A DNA stretch of 47,014 bases, taken from a virus. Its lineage: Duplodnaviria; Caudoviricetes. Location: positions 1-47,014 of IMG/VR virus record IMGVR_UViG_3300030606_000001. One strand, written 5' to 3'. This document shows, piece after piece, positions 1 through 10,800 of the stretch (its first letter is position 1; every line of letters starts with the position of its first letter). The position numbers and the translations under genes were made by a program. The notes beneath the pieces are model-generated. The model had not been told where the DNA came from and did not search any database. It saw only the letters and a program-made list of their open reading frames with translations.

Positions 1-127
1 ATCCACTCCTTCGCGCAGATGGTGTTCCTGGAGACGACATTCGATGTCTTCGAGCAAGGCGATGTGACTGCCGCGCTGGAATACGGAATGGCTGACGCCG
101 TCACCGATTCCGAGGTCAACCTCATCC
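1..127. repeat. Terminal direct repeat copy 1 (127 bp; most likely assembly overlap of a circular contig)
   Basis: 1-127 is identical to 46888-47014; it lies inside a continuous ORF; 127 is a common assembler k-mer length. Confidence 0.95.
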
Positions 128-321
128 TCGCTGCGGACGCGTTCTACACCACCGAGATCAGTTCCATGCCCGCAGGGTTCATCCTCAAGGGCTTTGGAAA
201 CGGCTCGGCGATTAACGATCCTGCCAACGAATGGGCCTCGCTGACGATCAAGGCGTTCCCCGGGTTCGTTGCTGGCGATCGTGCGAGCAAGGTCGTGCAG
301 ATGCCGGTGCCGCTGGCCTAA
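1..321 (+). CDS. Major capsid protein, 3' part
   Basis: C-terminal ILKGFGNGSAINDPANEWASLTIKAF resembles the G..DPLNQ..T.GWK motif of N4-gp56-family capsid proteins. Confidence 0.8.
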   Translation: MHSFAQMVFLETTFDVFEQGDVTAALEYGMADAVTDSEVNLILAADAFYTTEISSMPAGFILKGFGNGSAINDPANEWASLTIKAFPGFVAGDRASKVVQMPVPLA

Positions 322-361
322 GCGGGCCGAGGAACATTCACCCCAACGATGGAGGTACCCA

Positions 362-514
362 ATGGGTATCAACAAGGGCCAGCCGGGTGTGCCGGGATCG
401 TTTCCGGCGTCAGTGCTGAATCCCAGCACCGGCAAGGCGATTCCAGGTGGTGGCAAGACTGTCGAGGGAACGCTCGACAAGCCTGGTGCCCAGACCTGGC
501 CTGGCAAGGATTAG
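362..514 (+). CDS. Small Gly/Pro-rich protein (50 aa), possibly virion-associated
   Basis: GGAGG at 351-355 then ATG 362; directly downstream of the capsid gene. Confidence 0.65.
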   Translation: MGINKGQPGVPGSFPASVLNPSTGKAIPGGGKTVEGTLDKPGAQTWPGKD

Positions 515-517
515 GTA

Positions 518-1099
518 GTGGGTTCGTTGAACCCCTTGTATGCGTCGTGGGACCAGATGGGTGGCGCCTCTGGTCCCATGCACGTCAGTGAGTTGGATGA
601 GATTCTCTCCAGCGGGAGAATCGGGTTGGTGTCGCACCGTTGGTACTACTCGGGGCTCGGGGAGCTGAATGGGTTGCCGCGCGGAGTGGCGACGATCGTG
701 TGGGGGGATCCAGAACCACCTGAGCACATGCTCGAAACCCCGACCACCCCGCGTTCCTCGTACAACGTGGCGTGTCCGATGATCCCGGAATTTCGCCAGA
801 TGCGCCAACTCCAAAAACCTGGTTCCCACAACTATGGTGTGAACAAACCATTTGAGAATGTTGGGTGTTGGGGGTGGCGTGAGATCCTGCGCAAGGTGGT
901 GCTCGCGAGACTAGTGCGCCCTGAAACAGTACGCACTTGGCTTGGTGAGCATGAGTACGACGACTTGCGGCGTCAGATCGCTGGGTTCCCCGCATACGGT
1001 GCAGTCAAAACCCCCGACGACAAGATCCGCGTCGCGTCACACAACGCCGATCTTCGCACCCGCAAACCCAAACCCCAACAGCGGGGGCAATTCGCATGA
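518..1099 (+). CDS. Hypothetical protein in head module (193 aa)
   Basis: Tightly packed ORF; ATGA overlap with the next gene. Confidence 0.7.
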   Translation: MGSLNPLYASWDQMGGASGPMHVSELDEILSSGRIGLVSHRWYYSGLGELNGLPRGVATIVWGDPEPPEHMLETPTTPRSSYNVACPMIPEFRQMRQLQKPGSHNYGVNKPFENVGCWGWREILRKVVLARLVRPETVRTWLGEHEYDDLRRQIAGFPAYGAVKTPDDKIRVASHNADLRTRKPKPQQRGQFA

Positions 1100-1845
1100 G
1101 CCTAACGTACGCAGGTGGATACGCCATTGACCCGAGTTCGTCCACTGGGCCATCCAGTGCCGGCAAAGCCGGGCAGATTGCTCGTTGCGCCGCGGGGATC
1201 ATTGGGTCAACGGGTGAAGTTGCACTCGCAATCGCTATTGAAGGGGTGATGGCGGGGCTGCGCGATGTGAACCTGCGCGGGCCGTTTCTGTTTGGGACCG
1301 AGGTTCAAGCAGATGTTCCGCTGGTATCTGGGCAAGCCAACTACGCAACCCCGAAAACCAACGTCGCTGCGCGCGCACTCCAGCTCATCAACTCAGATGG
1401 CAAAGTCCACCGGACCCTGGGGTTCGTCCCGTGGGAACACCGGAACATGGCCACTGCTCTCCAGGACCAAGATGGCGAGCCGGTCGCGTGGACCCAGGTG
1501 AACAGTTGGGCCAACAACGAGGTTGAGGTCTGGCCTACTCCGGATGACAGCGCCGCCACCGACCTTGAACTTCGAATCGTGAATGTGAAGCGGATTCCGT
1601 TGGTGACAGGACCAGACACGGTAATCATCGCACCTGAGGATTTCTACATCGCATTGTGCTACTACACCGAATTCTACCTGGCCGAACGTCGGCTCCAGGA
1701 CAACCCGCGCCTCGCAGAGCGCAAATACGCCCAGTACCTCGACGCGGTCAAACGCGCCAAAGCCAACGACCGCGAGGAAAACGTGGGTGGATCATTCCAA
1801 CTTCGAGTTGCACGGCCGGACGGGTTCACGGTTGGTTCACACTAG
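1096..1845 (+). CDS. Head-tail adaptor (podovirus gp11/gp4-like)
   Basis: Position; GQANYATP, VEVWPTPD and APEDFYIALCYY...Y patterns typical of adaptor proteins. Confidence 0.7.
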   Translation: MSLTYAGGYAIDPSSSTGPSSAGKAGQIARCAAGIIGSTGEVALAIAIEGVMAGLRDVNLRGPFLFGTEVQADVPLVSGQANYATPKTNVAARALQLINSDGKVHRTLGFVPWEHRNMATALQDQDGEPVAWTQVNSWANNEVEVWPTPDDSAATDLELRIVNVKRIPLVTGPDTVIIAPEDFYIALCYYTEFYLAERRLQDNPRLAERKYAQYLDAVKRAKANDREENVGGSFQLRVARPDGFTVGSH

Positions 1846-1856
1846 GGGGGATGTCG

Positions 1857-3998
1857 ATGCGTGGAAAGCTCGAAGTCGCGTTAGCTGGGTTGACCGGCGC
1901 AGGGAAATACGATTCCCCGGCGAACGTCACCGCTGAGCTGTTGCTGCCGGGTGCAACGGCAACGAACTCTGAAACCTGGACCGCGAACGCTGAATCCCAC
2001 GATATCCGTGTTGACGACCCAGGCGCGATTGTGAATGGCTCGTTGGTGAATGTGGTCATCAGCGGGATTTGGCTGGAGGACACGTTTCTCCAATGCACCC
2101 TGGATCCGTATGTGTCTGGATCCGAGTGGTATGTGAGACTACAGTCGCTCACCGGGGCACCGTTTACGCTGGTCGCTGGGGATGAGATTGTGATGGCGGA
2201 TGCAACCGCCGCGAACCGAATCCCGACATACACCTACCGTAAAACCGGGTCCGCAGGGTTCAATGCACACGGTGCTGGGTCAGATGGGTTGATTGAAACC
2301 TACACCCGCGCGAAGCGATTTGACCTACTGGTGGCCGATGCAACCGTGGGGACCAAGATCGTGCGGGATATTGACTTCCCCACCACGAATTTCGTCACCC
2401 CAGAGGCATTTGGGGGAATTGGGGATTCCTCTACCAACGACACCAAGGCCGTCAACAAAGCGATCCTGCACGCTGGGTTGCTGGGTGGGGCAACAGTGCT
2501 GCTGTCCGCTATCTACCTCGTGGACGCTGACGAAATCACCATCGGCACAGCGAACACTGAGATCATCGGCCAAGGGTTCAACACAGGATTCAGGACCCGC
2601 CCGACCGCAGGTACCACCATCACCGTCACCGCTGATGATGTTCGCCTTGCAAACTTCAAGATGCTCGGCCAAACCACAACCTCGACCGGAACCGCCGCGA
2701 TTGCGATTGAGGTAGCGTCTGGGGCTTCTAGGTTCATCGCGGACAACTTGAAGATCACCGGGTTGACGGGGTTTGCGTCGTACAACGTGGGGATCAAGCT
2801 GTCAGACTCGGATTTCGAGATCAACCGCTGCAAGATCGACAACTTGCTCGGGACCGCGGCAGGGTTTGGAATTGGGATTTGGTGTGTTCTTGTCACCGAC
2901 AGCAAGATCACCAGCAACCGAATCGCGTTTGATTCTGGTGGGCGGCATGGGATTTTGCTGGATGCCGGGTGCCAATTCAACGATGTTTCTCTCAACACCA
3001 TCGAGGGTGGTACCGCACAGCAAATCTACGTCACCTCCACCCAAGCCCAGCCACCAACCATCGGGAACAATGTGCTGGGGAACCGCTGCCGGCAAATGCA
3101 GGGCTCCGGTACGATGGGCGCGATTCACCTCTACGACAACTGCACACTCAACAAAGTCGATAAGAACGTTGTGTACGGCGCGAACCCCATCGGCATCCAC
3201 TTCGAGGCGAACTCTGCGGTTGCGGGGTCATGCGCAGGGAACACCTTGGGCGACAACTTGGTGATCTTGGCCGAAGAAGACGGAATCATCATCAACGGTG
3301 CCGACAAGACCAAGATGTTCGGTGGGTTGGTGTCGGACTCCGGCCAAAGCGCGGCAAACACCTTCGCAAACGTGGTGCTCAAATCCAACACCTCAGCGCT
3401 TGGCACCGACATCATGTTGTTTGGGGTGACGGGGTTAGGTGCAACTTCGCCCAAGTACGGCCTTGAAATCGACGGTACCACCACCGCATCCATCATCGGG
3501 TGCGGGTTCAATGAGGGGGCGACATCGGGTTACACCGATGGTGGCACCGGAACGATTATCGACGGCGGCGACATGGGCTCCACCCAAGCGTTTATGAAGC
3601 CTGGGCTGGGTACCCTGGGTGGTGGGCTGGGTATCCTGGGTGGGATGATCGACATGAACGCGAACGACATTGATCTCGACCAGGGTGCGATTCGCCAAAT
3701 GCGGGTTTACCCACGAGCGTCGAGCGTTGCGAGCGCAGGGACGATTTCCCTCGCCACCAACGACGGGCTCGTGGAGATCACCGGGACCACGGACATTTCC
3801 ATCATCGGAACCCCGATCACCATCGGCCGAGTCATCAAGCTGTGGTTCACGAATGCACTCCCGCCGGACCTTGTCACTGGTGGCGCTGCGAACGGTGAAA
3901 TCCTGGTTGCTGTGACCGAGATCACCCAGAACCAGATCGTCACCCTGACCTCAGTGCACACCGGGGCGCATCACGCTTGGGCGCCTGAAACGATCTAG
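1857..3998 (+). CDS. Tailspike / depolymerase with right-handed beta-helix
   Basis: Pectate_lyase_3-type N-cap FVTPEAFGGIGDSSTNDTKAVNKAI, followed by Asn/Ile/Gly-rich coil repeats; start moved to ATG 1857 after the G-run SD. Confidence 0.85.
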   Translation: MRGKLEVALAGLTGAGKYDSPANVTAELLLPGATATNSETWTANAESHDIRVDDPGAIVNGSLVNVVISGIWLEDTFLQCTLDPYVSGSEWYVRLQSLTGAPFTLVAGDEIVMADATAANRIPTYTYRKTGSAGFNAHGAGSDGLIETYTRAKRFDLLVADATVGTKIVRDIDFPTTNFVTPEAFGGIGDSSTNDTKAVNKAILHAGLLGGATVLLSAIYLVDADEITIGTANTEIIGQGFNTGFRTRPTAGTTITVTADDVRLANFKMLGQTTTSTGTAAIAIEVASGASRFIADNLKITGLTGFASYNVGIKLSDSDFEINRCKIDNLLGTAAGFGIGIWCVLVTDSKITSNRIAFDSGGRHGILLDAGCQFNDVSLNTIEGGTAQQIYVTSTQAQPPTIGNNVLGNRCRQMQGSGTMGAIHLYDNCTLNKVDKNVVYGANPIGIHFEANSAVAGSCAGNTLGDNLVILAEEDGIIINGADKTKMFGGLVSDSGQSAANTFANVVLKSNTSALGTDIMLFGVTGLGATSPKYGLEIDGTTTASIIGCGFNEGATSGYTDGGTGTIIDGGDMGSTQAFMKPGLGTLGGGLGILGGMIDMNANDIDLDQGAIRQMRVYPRASSVASAGTISLATNDGLVEITGTTDISIIGTPITIGRVIKLWFTNALPPDLVTGGAANGEILVAVTEITQNQIVTLTSVHTGAHHAWAPETI

Positions 3999-4014
3999 GG
4001 GGGGGGCTGGGGCC

Positions 4015-6024
4015 TTGGCCAAGTGGCTCGAACACAAGCTCGATGGTGGGGTCGTGCGGACGAAGATCCGCTCGGCCCTGGCGCGTAATGAGCTGTGGGG
4101 AGCCAGCAACTCACGCTTGAAACCCGGCGACCCCGGCACCCTGTATCGTGACACCAGGCGGGTGAGCATTGCGACTGCGCCAGCCGGCCTCACCATCCTC
4201 GACATCTTCCCGTTGACGTTTGCGTCCGTTGACCCGGTGGTGTTGGTGGTGTGCGTGGACGCTACCTCGACGTACCTGTACACAACTCCCACCACCGGGG
4301 GATCTTTAACCCTGCGTCACACGGAGACTGGGGTGGCAACTGGGGCCTCTGCGACTCGGTACCTCGATGAATGGATCATCGGGACCAGCGTTGCGAATTT
4401 CCTGGTGACATTGGGGCTGGATGTGCTGGCGCTTGGGCTGGTGTCACCGGCTGACCACGCAGCGACATTGGGCGAGGTTACCAGTTCGCTCGCTGGGACC
4501 GATTCCCAGTGGGACCCCGCGTCCGGCGAAGTCGACAACGTCGCGTACATCATCACGGATTTCGATTCGGTGCGGGATGTGGAGTCGTTCATCCAAGCGG
4601 TTTACTACGCTACGATCAACTTCGCTGACACCGGCAAGCACACTGTGTTGGTACTGCCGACATCACCTTATGACGCCGCGAACACCGGTCGCGCGGATTC
4701 GTTTCGTATCTACCGGCACTACTTCGGCCGGACCCCTGACTATCCCGATGCCACTCTTGAAATGGTCGAGTTCGCGTTCAACCTTGGGGACACTGCCGCC
4801 AACGAACGGGTGCTCCCACCGATTGTCGCTGGGATGATCGCCCAGGTTGCGCACGCGGATGGTGGCACCTGGACCGACGACAGCGAGGGCACCAAGCTCG
4901 ACCCGCACCTGGTGTTTCCGTCAGTGTACATTGAAGAAGGCGGCCAGGTCGCGATCTACAAGCGGTTGCGCCCCCCGGCCCCGTTTGTGATCGGGTGCGA
5001 GTTCCAGAACTCCATTGTGATGAATGATGGGTCGAGCCCGATCTTCTTCTACACCCCAGCCCAGCAACCCGAATACTCCCCCACAGCGTTTCGGCTCCAG
5101 TTCGTTGGGGGTGGGAGCGATGCGCCCAGGGGGGCTGTGACCATCGGGGAAACCCTGGTCATCCTGCTCGAAGACTCGGTGTGGTCGGTGGCGTATCTGC
5201 CGCAGGACGGTCCCGCGGGCGAAACCCAAGGCCGGGTGAAGACCAAAATCTGCGGCCGCGAAGGGCCGGTGAGCAAGCGCGCGTGGGCAACCGTGGATAC
5301 CGAATCCGGGCAGGTGGTGGTGTGGTTGTCCCGACAGGGACTCCGGTGGACTGACGGTGCTGGGTTTGACGATGCGTGTACAGACTGGTCGGTGGCGGGC
5401 GCAGGGCTGGACCCGACAGAACTTGCAAACGCGGTGATGGGGGTCGATGCAGCCAACACCCGGATCCGGTTGTGGGTGCCGGATGGCACCGGTGACACCG
5501 TCCAGTGGGACTTTTACTACCACCCCACGTTGTTGAAGGACTCCGCACACGGACCCCGGCTCCGGGCGATTGGACCGACTACCATCGCTGGGTTGGTCGC
5601 CGGCGCCGCGCCCATCGCATTCGAGGGGACGGACCACCTTCTGACCTTCGATGACTCCGAGGTTTTCAACGAATCGGGCGACCAAGCAATCGACCCCGGG
5701 GTGCTGGATTCGGGGTGGCTGTTCTTTGACGAGTTCCCGTTCGCGACACAAATTGTTAGGTCGGTCGGGGTACGCGCCGGTGCAGCCCCCCTTACAACCG
5801 CCACGGTGAGGGTGATTGGTGTCGAGAGCGACCTTGAGGACAACGCGACCTCGGCCCCGTTGAAACTGGTTACCGAAGGGTTCCGGCAGACCGAACTTGT
5901 GGTCGGGGTGAATGGGGTGCGTGTGGAGTGGAGCGTGACCGTTACCCCGGATGGAACCGAGGAATGGTCGCTGAGTGGGGTCTTGCTCAAAACCGAAGGG
6001 GGGCGCGGCGGTGTCGCTTCTTAG
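4015..6024 (+). CDS. Tail nozzle / stabilisation protein (P22 gp10 / T7 gp12-like)
   Basis: 669 aa, beta-rich with propeller-like segments (LVILLEDSVWSV, VVWLSRQGLRWTDG); position after the adaptor. Confidence 0.7.
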   Translation: MAKWLEHKLDGGVVRTKIRSALARNELWGASNSRLKPGDPGTLYRDTRRVSIATAPAGLTILDIFPLTFASVDPVVLVVCVDATSTYLYTTPTTGGSLTLRHTETGVATGASATRYLDEWIIGTSVANFLVTLGLDVLALGLVSPADHAATLGEVTSSLAGTDSQWDPASGEVDNVAYIITDFDSVRDVESFIQAVYYATINFADTGKHTVLVLPTSPYDAANTGRADSFRIYRHYFGRTPDYPDATLEMVEFAFNLGDTAANERVLPPIVAGMIAQVAHADGGTWTDDSEGTKLDPHLVFPSVYIEEGGQVAIYKRLRPPAPFVIGCEFQNSIVMNDGSSPIFFYTPAQQPEYSPTAFRLQFVGGGSDAPRGAVTIGETLVILLEDSVWSVAYLPQDGPAGETQGRVKTKICGREGPVSKRAWATVDTESGQVVVWLSRQGLRWTDGAGFDDACTDWSVAGAGLDPTELANAVMGVDAANTRIRLWVPDGTGDTVQWDFYYHPTLLKDSAHGPRLRAIGPTTIAGLVAGAAPIAFEGTDHLLTFDDSEVFNESGDQAIDPGVLDSGWLFFDEFPFATQIVRSVGVRAGAAPLTTATVRVIGVESDLEDNATSAPLKLVTEGFRQTELVVGVNGVRVEWSVTVTPDGTEEWSLSGVLLKTEGGRGGVAS

Positions 6025-6226
6025 TAAGCCACGGGTGCGGGTATCAATGGCACGTCGCATTGAGACCCTGGACGCGATTTGGAGGGGTCGGCGCAACATC
6101 CTTCCCAATTCCCAAGGACACCGGAACTCGCCGACCAAGAATCCGATCCTAGCTGCTCCTGCGACAAAGTCAACTTGGGTGTTGTATGTGGGTGCGGACG
6201 GGGCAGTCTCGACACGGAGGGTGTGA
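6011..6226 (+). CDS. Small basic hypothetical protein
   Basis: Fills the gap between nozzle and ejection genes; GTG with G-rich SD. Confidence 0.45.
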   Translation: MSLLSKPRVRVSMARRIETLDAIWRGRRNILPNSQGHRNSPTKNPILAAPATKSTWVLYVGADGAVSTRRV

Positions 6227-6227
6227 C

Positions 6228-6698
6228 ATGGCATCGGTGCAGGGATTCGGGACCACCGAAACCTTCAAGGGGCGTCAGCAACAGAGGGACTTTCTGGCGC
6301 AGTCGGTCAAGTTGCTGTCCAACGAGGCCCTGACCAAACGGTTCCAGGGGCTGACCGAGCTTGCGCACCCGCAGATCCAGTCGATTATCGGCCAGGGCCA
6401 GATGATTGGGTCAGCCCAAGCTGGGGCGGTGCGTGCGAATCTTGGTCGTGCGGGGCTCGGGGGGACCTTCGCTGAGGACATCGCTGCTGGGTTCCAGACC
6501 GGGGCCGCGTTCCAGTCGATGGCGCTTCGGTCGCGTATCCTCCAGGATCTCATCGAGCAGTCGATTGGGATCCAGTCAACCCTGAGTGGAGGGTTTGCCC
6601 AGGGGGCAGGGAATGTCCCGACTGGGCAGAATACGGACTCAATGGAGCAAGCTGGCAAAGCGATTGCCGCTGCCGGGGCGATGGTGGCACTTCTCTAA
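6228..6698 (+). CDS. Probable internal virion / ejection protein 1
   Basis: GGAGG SD; Gly/Ala/Gln-rich with hydrophobic C-terminus; position. Confidence 0.6.
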   Translation: MASVQGFGTTETFKGRQQQRDFLAQSVKLLSNEALTKRFQGLTELAHPQIQSIIGQGQMIGSAQAGAVRANLGRAGLGGTFAEDIAAGFQTGAAFQSMALRSRILQDLIEQSIGIQSTLSGGFAQGAGNVPTGQNTDSMEQAGKAIAAAGAMVALL

Positions 6699-6709
6699 GG
6701 GGGTGGACG

Positions 6710-7855
6710 GTGGCTGGATCAAGTGCAGGGTTTTTGATCGGAGGGTTCGGGGTGATCCCGGATGGACTGTTCAACCGTTCCCCTGACCAACTCCGTGGGG
6801 AAATGGTGAAGGCCGGGCTCGGGACACCTACCGGACCCGGGCCGATTCCTCCGTTGCCGCAGGCCCCCCAGGCTTCACAGACTCAAGTTGGCACCGGGAA
6901 CCGCATCGCGGATGCGTTGATTGGGGTTGGGCAAGCGCTCCAAGGGAGGAGTGATTTCATCCAGGGTGTGGGTGCAGCTCGTGCTGCGAATGCTGACGCT
7001 GAGAACCGTATGAAGATCGAGGCGTTTCGCGCAGCCCAGGAAACTCGGGTCGAGGCCCAGCGCGCGGAGATCGAAACCCAAAAGCTCATGGCCAAAGCCC
7101 TCACCGACGAGAAGTCAGCGTTTATCGAGTCGTGGGATGCCGGGCAAATCAGTGATGCACTCGTCGGCCGGCAGACACCGGGGGGCGAGCTGTTGCGTGC
7201 GCGGATTCGGGAGTTCATTCCGGGGATGGAAGAAGTCCCTGACGAACTCCTCGTTGCCCAGGCCCAGGCCCAACGCATCGCGAAGTTCGAGGCCCCGCTC
7301 GACAAGATCCGCCAGGAGATCATCGCGAGCAACGAGAATGTTGCCCGTGGAAAGGAAGCTTCGGCCCGTGGCGACAAGAGCCTCGCGCTGTGGGGGGCTG
7401 AGCTTCTCCAACGCCAGAGTCAGTTCGAGGCGACGCTCGGGTCGAAGGGTGCAGCAGGTGTCACCGCTACCGCGATCAAGGATTCGCGGGTGGCGAGCCA
7501 GGAACTTGCCGGGACCATGGCTGAGATCACGCGGCGGTTCGCGGTGATCAAGAAAGACCGGCCTGGACGTGGGAACGAGGACTTCGCCTCGATTGAAGAA
7601 ATGCTCGAAGCCGGGGATGTCGATGTCGACAAGCGCCTGGACAAACTGGAAGCGGTGAAGGGTCTGCCGAATTCGGAGCGGATGAGTTTGAGACAGCTTG
7701 TGTCTCGCCAATCCGCGCTGATGAAGCAGCTTGAGCAATTGCAATCTATCCTCGGGACTCAAGAAGGGGTGCTAGGTGCTGGAGCGGTGGGGATCATGGA
7801 TCCTCGCGCCGCGGCCAACGCTGCGTTTGGTTTGAACTCGCCGGATGAGGAGTAA
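6710..7855 (+). CDS. Probable internal virion / ejection protein 2 (coiled-coil)
   Basis: 381 aa, helical, Ala/Gln/Glu-rich; position. Confidence 0.6.
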   Translation: MAGSSAGFLIGGFGVIPDGLFNRSPDQLRGEMVKAGLGTPTGPGPIPPLPQAPQASQTQVGTGNRIADALIGVGQALQGRSDFIQGVGAARAANADAENRMKIEAFRAAQETRVEAQRAEIETQKLMAKALTDEKSAFIESWDAGQISDALVGRQTPGGELLRARIREFIPGMEEVPDELLVAQAQAQRIAKFEAPLDKIRQEIIASNENVARGKEASARGDKSLALWGAELLQRQSQFEATLGSKGAAGVTATAIKDSRVASQELAGTMAEITRRFAVIKKDRPGRGNEDFASIEEMLEAGDVDVDKRLDKLEAVKGLPNSERMSLRQLVSRQSALMKQLEQLQSILGTQEGVLGAGAVGIMDPRAAANAAFGLNSPDEE

Positions 7856-7861
7856 CGCCCC

Positions 7862-10800
7862 GTGGCCAACACCTACGACCCTTCCCAAAACCGAAAGCTC
7901 TACGAAGACACCACAGCGGCGTTTCTAGACGCGGCTGAGCGCGCGGGTGTGGATGTTGGTACCCCCGAAGGCCAGGAGGACGTTCGCTCGAAGCTGCGGG
8001 ATTACTTCACCCAGAACACCGATGCCCTCGGGTGGGGCGATGGTGACCGCGAAGCGTTCCTGGTGCACTATGGGCTCGCGGAGCCCGCGGGTGCCGAGCG
8101 CACCATGCACACAGTTTCCAGCTTGGTGGATATCGCGCAGAACCCTGGTGGGTACGACCAAATCGCCGCGATGCTGGAATCCGATGTTGTTGACAACCGT
8201 CAGCTTGTGGAAATGGCGAAGGCCGCGGGGCGGGAGATCGGGCCGTTGGGGTCATTGATCGCGCCTGCCGCCGCGATTAAAGCATTCATGCTTACCACTC
8301 CGCATTTTGGGCATGTGGTGCCGGGGATCGCTGATTCTCCCCAAATCCCAAACCCGTTCTTTTCCCAGGACGCAGCAGCAGAGGCGCAGCGGCTCCGTAC
8401 GCTCTATGGGCGCACTGCGATCGACCCCTTCACCCTCAAGATGATTACCGATGAGGCTGCGGGGGTGCAGACCTACCAGCACCCGATCGCGAGCAAGCTG
8501 GAGCAGGCTGGGGTGCCGGGGTGGTTGGCGGATTTCGCTGCGTATGATCTGGCTGATCCGCTGTGGCTGGTGGGTGGGAAACCGTTGCTGGTGGCGGGGT
8601 CGCTGGGGGCTGCGGGGCTCGGGGCGCTGGCGGTGAAGAACCGCGGGGCAGTTGGGTCGTTACTGAAAACCGCACTGCATGTTCGCAACGCGAAGTCACT
8701 CATGTCTGAAGCTGAGATCAGCGAGGCAAGTCGTGCCGTTCGTGAAGGACTTGAGAAAACCCTGGGGCTCGGGGAAGCTGCACCCAAAGCACCCAAGGTC
8801 GAAGCGATCCTCAAGCGCGCCCAGCAACTAGAAACCACCCAAGCGCCCAATGCTGAGCGCCTGCGCAAGCTCGCGTCTGCGATGGCGAAGGGCAAATCCA
8901 AAGTTGCGGAGCTTGACAAGGCCCTGGTCGACCAGCTTGCTAAAGCCGACCCTGCGGACCGTCGTGCATACCTCAACATGCGCCTCGCTGCGGTCACCAA
9001 CCAGGACGAACTCGCAAAGCTCCAAGCGATGTACGGGTCGCGGTTCGATTTGCCGAAGTCGTGGTTCTCCAAGCGCCAGCTCAAGGACGAATACTTCGAC
9101 CGCCAATCAGGCAAGTCCGTGCTCGTGGATGGTGGGCTTGTGAGTGAGTACCTGCGCCACCCGGACCGATTCGTGGAAAACGGTCACTGGCGCAAGGACT
9201 CGCCTCGGGCCATGGCGCTGATGCGCCAGGTCGGTGCGAAGGGGCGGAGTGATGTCTCGGGGGTGCAGCACTTGGCTGGGTTGGTGTATGTGGGGCGGTC
9301 CCCCATCATTCGGGATGTCCGCCGCGCGCATGAGCTGGCGTACAACGAAATCGGCCGCAAGGAACTCACCAAGTTCTTCGGGCGCGATGAGTTGTTCTTC
9401 ATTCGCCCGCATCGGTACCTGCTGCAAAACACCGGAACCTTTGAGCCGTTTGTGAAAGCTCGTGAGATGGCGTACGTCTCTCACGAAATGCGCATGGCGG
9501 AGCTGGCGAGTGCGCTTGGGGGTGGGGTTGCGAGGGTGGATGTGGGGTTGCTGGGGCAGGTCCAGCACTCGGGGCTGCCCATGAAGGTGACGTCGATGAC
9601 GGATCGACCGACCCGGTGGAAGGTCTGGTCGTCGCCGGATGCCGCGATGCGTACTGAGAACGACGAAATCTACTTCATGTTGGGCAAGGACTCTGATCGT
9701 GTTGCGATGAACGCTGCACGGCAGACCGAGGGGTTGCCCAATATCCGCAAGATCAGCGCGGGGAGCTTCGCGAAGGCCCAGCGGGTGAGGCTCCTACTCG
9801 ATGATCTCCATGGTGAAGCGGTGCGTGCGGGGATTCTCACCCCCGACCAATACCTGCTCCAGTACATCCCGCGGCTGCGTAAAGAACTCGCGTCTGGCAA
9901 ATCAATGACTGAGGCAATTGCAAACCTCCAGACCGACTACCGCCAACGCGGGGTGATGGGGGCTGAGCCGTTCTTTGCGATGGTGCGAACCGGGGAACTC
10001 AACCCCACCGAGTTCAACGTTGCCAAGCTGGTGGACGCCTACACCAGAATGCTGTATCGGCACAAGTATGTGAAGCCCGTGAGCGAGCAGATCATCCGCA
10101 CACTGACTGATCCTGGGACAACCGCTGGGGGTGGGATTGACCGGGCGGTGGGGATGGATTGGCTGGTGATGCAGCTCGGGGGGCGGAGCGCACTGCAAAC
10201 CTCTGCCCTCGCGTCCATCAAGAAATCCGAGGTTGTGAGTCGCGCGATGGGGGAAGGGTTGATTGATGAGCTTGGGTCGATCATGTCGAACCCAGCGGAA
10301 TTCGATTCCAAAGCGAGGTTCCTATCCCGTGCGTTCACCGGGGCCTGGTATACCAGTGTGTTCGGGGGACGTGGTGGGCCTGCGGTTCGCAACCTCTCCC
10401 AGCAGTTGCTCGCAGTGGATCGGCTGGGTGCTGGGTTGCCCAAGCTCACCCGGCGGCCGTACCTGGCGATGTCCGTGAAGGATGTCGCCACCAACCGCGA
10501 GTTCCAGGAACGCTTTGCGGTGAGCAACCGGTCCTATGGGTGGTCGAAGAACTGGGGTGAGTTCCTGGATCGTGTTGAAGCCGATCGGCGGTGGACGGCA
10601 CTACCGGTGAAGGCTCGGGATGCTTTGACGTGGCACTACCGCGTCAGCGACTTGATGAACAGGATGAATGTCTACCGAGCGACGGAGCTGTATGCTGAGG
10701 ACCTGTTTGCGGATATGACGCGGGGTGGTAAGGCGTGGGAGGTTGCGGCGAGGAAGCTGTTGACCTCCGAGTCTGCCACCTTCCGCAACGCGATGGTGAA

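Noticed and set aside
1-127. 127-bp repeat as a biological terminal repeat or att site
   Set aside because: It falls mid-capsid gene and matches a typical assembler k-mer length; best explained as circular overlap
4921-6234. 437-aa antisense ORF and similar long shadow ORFs (10672-12009, 26786-27754, 39660-40622)
   Set aside because: They lie opposite well-supported genes in GC-rich DNA and show no motifs
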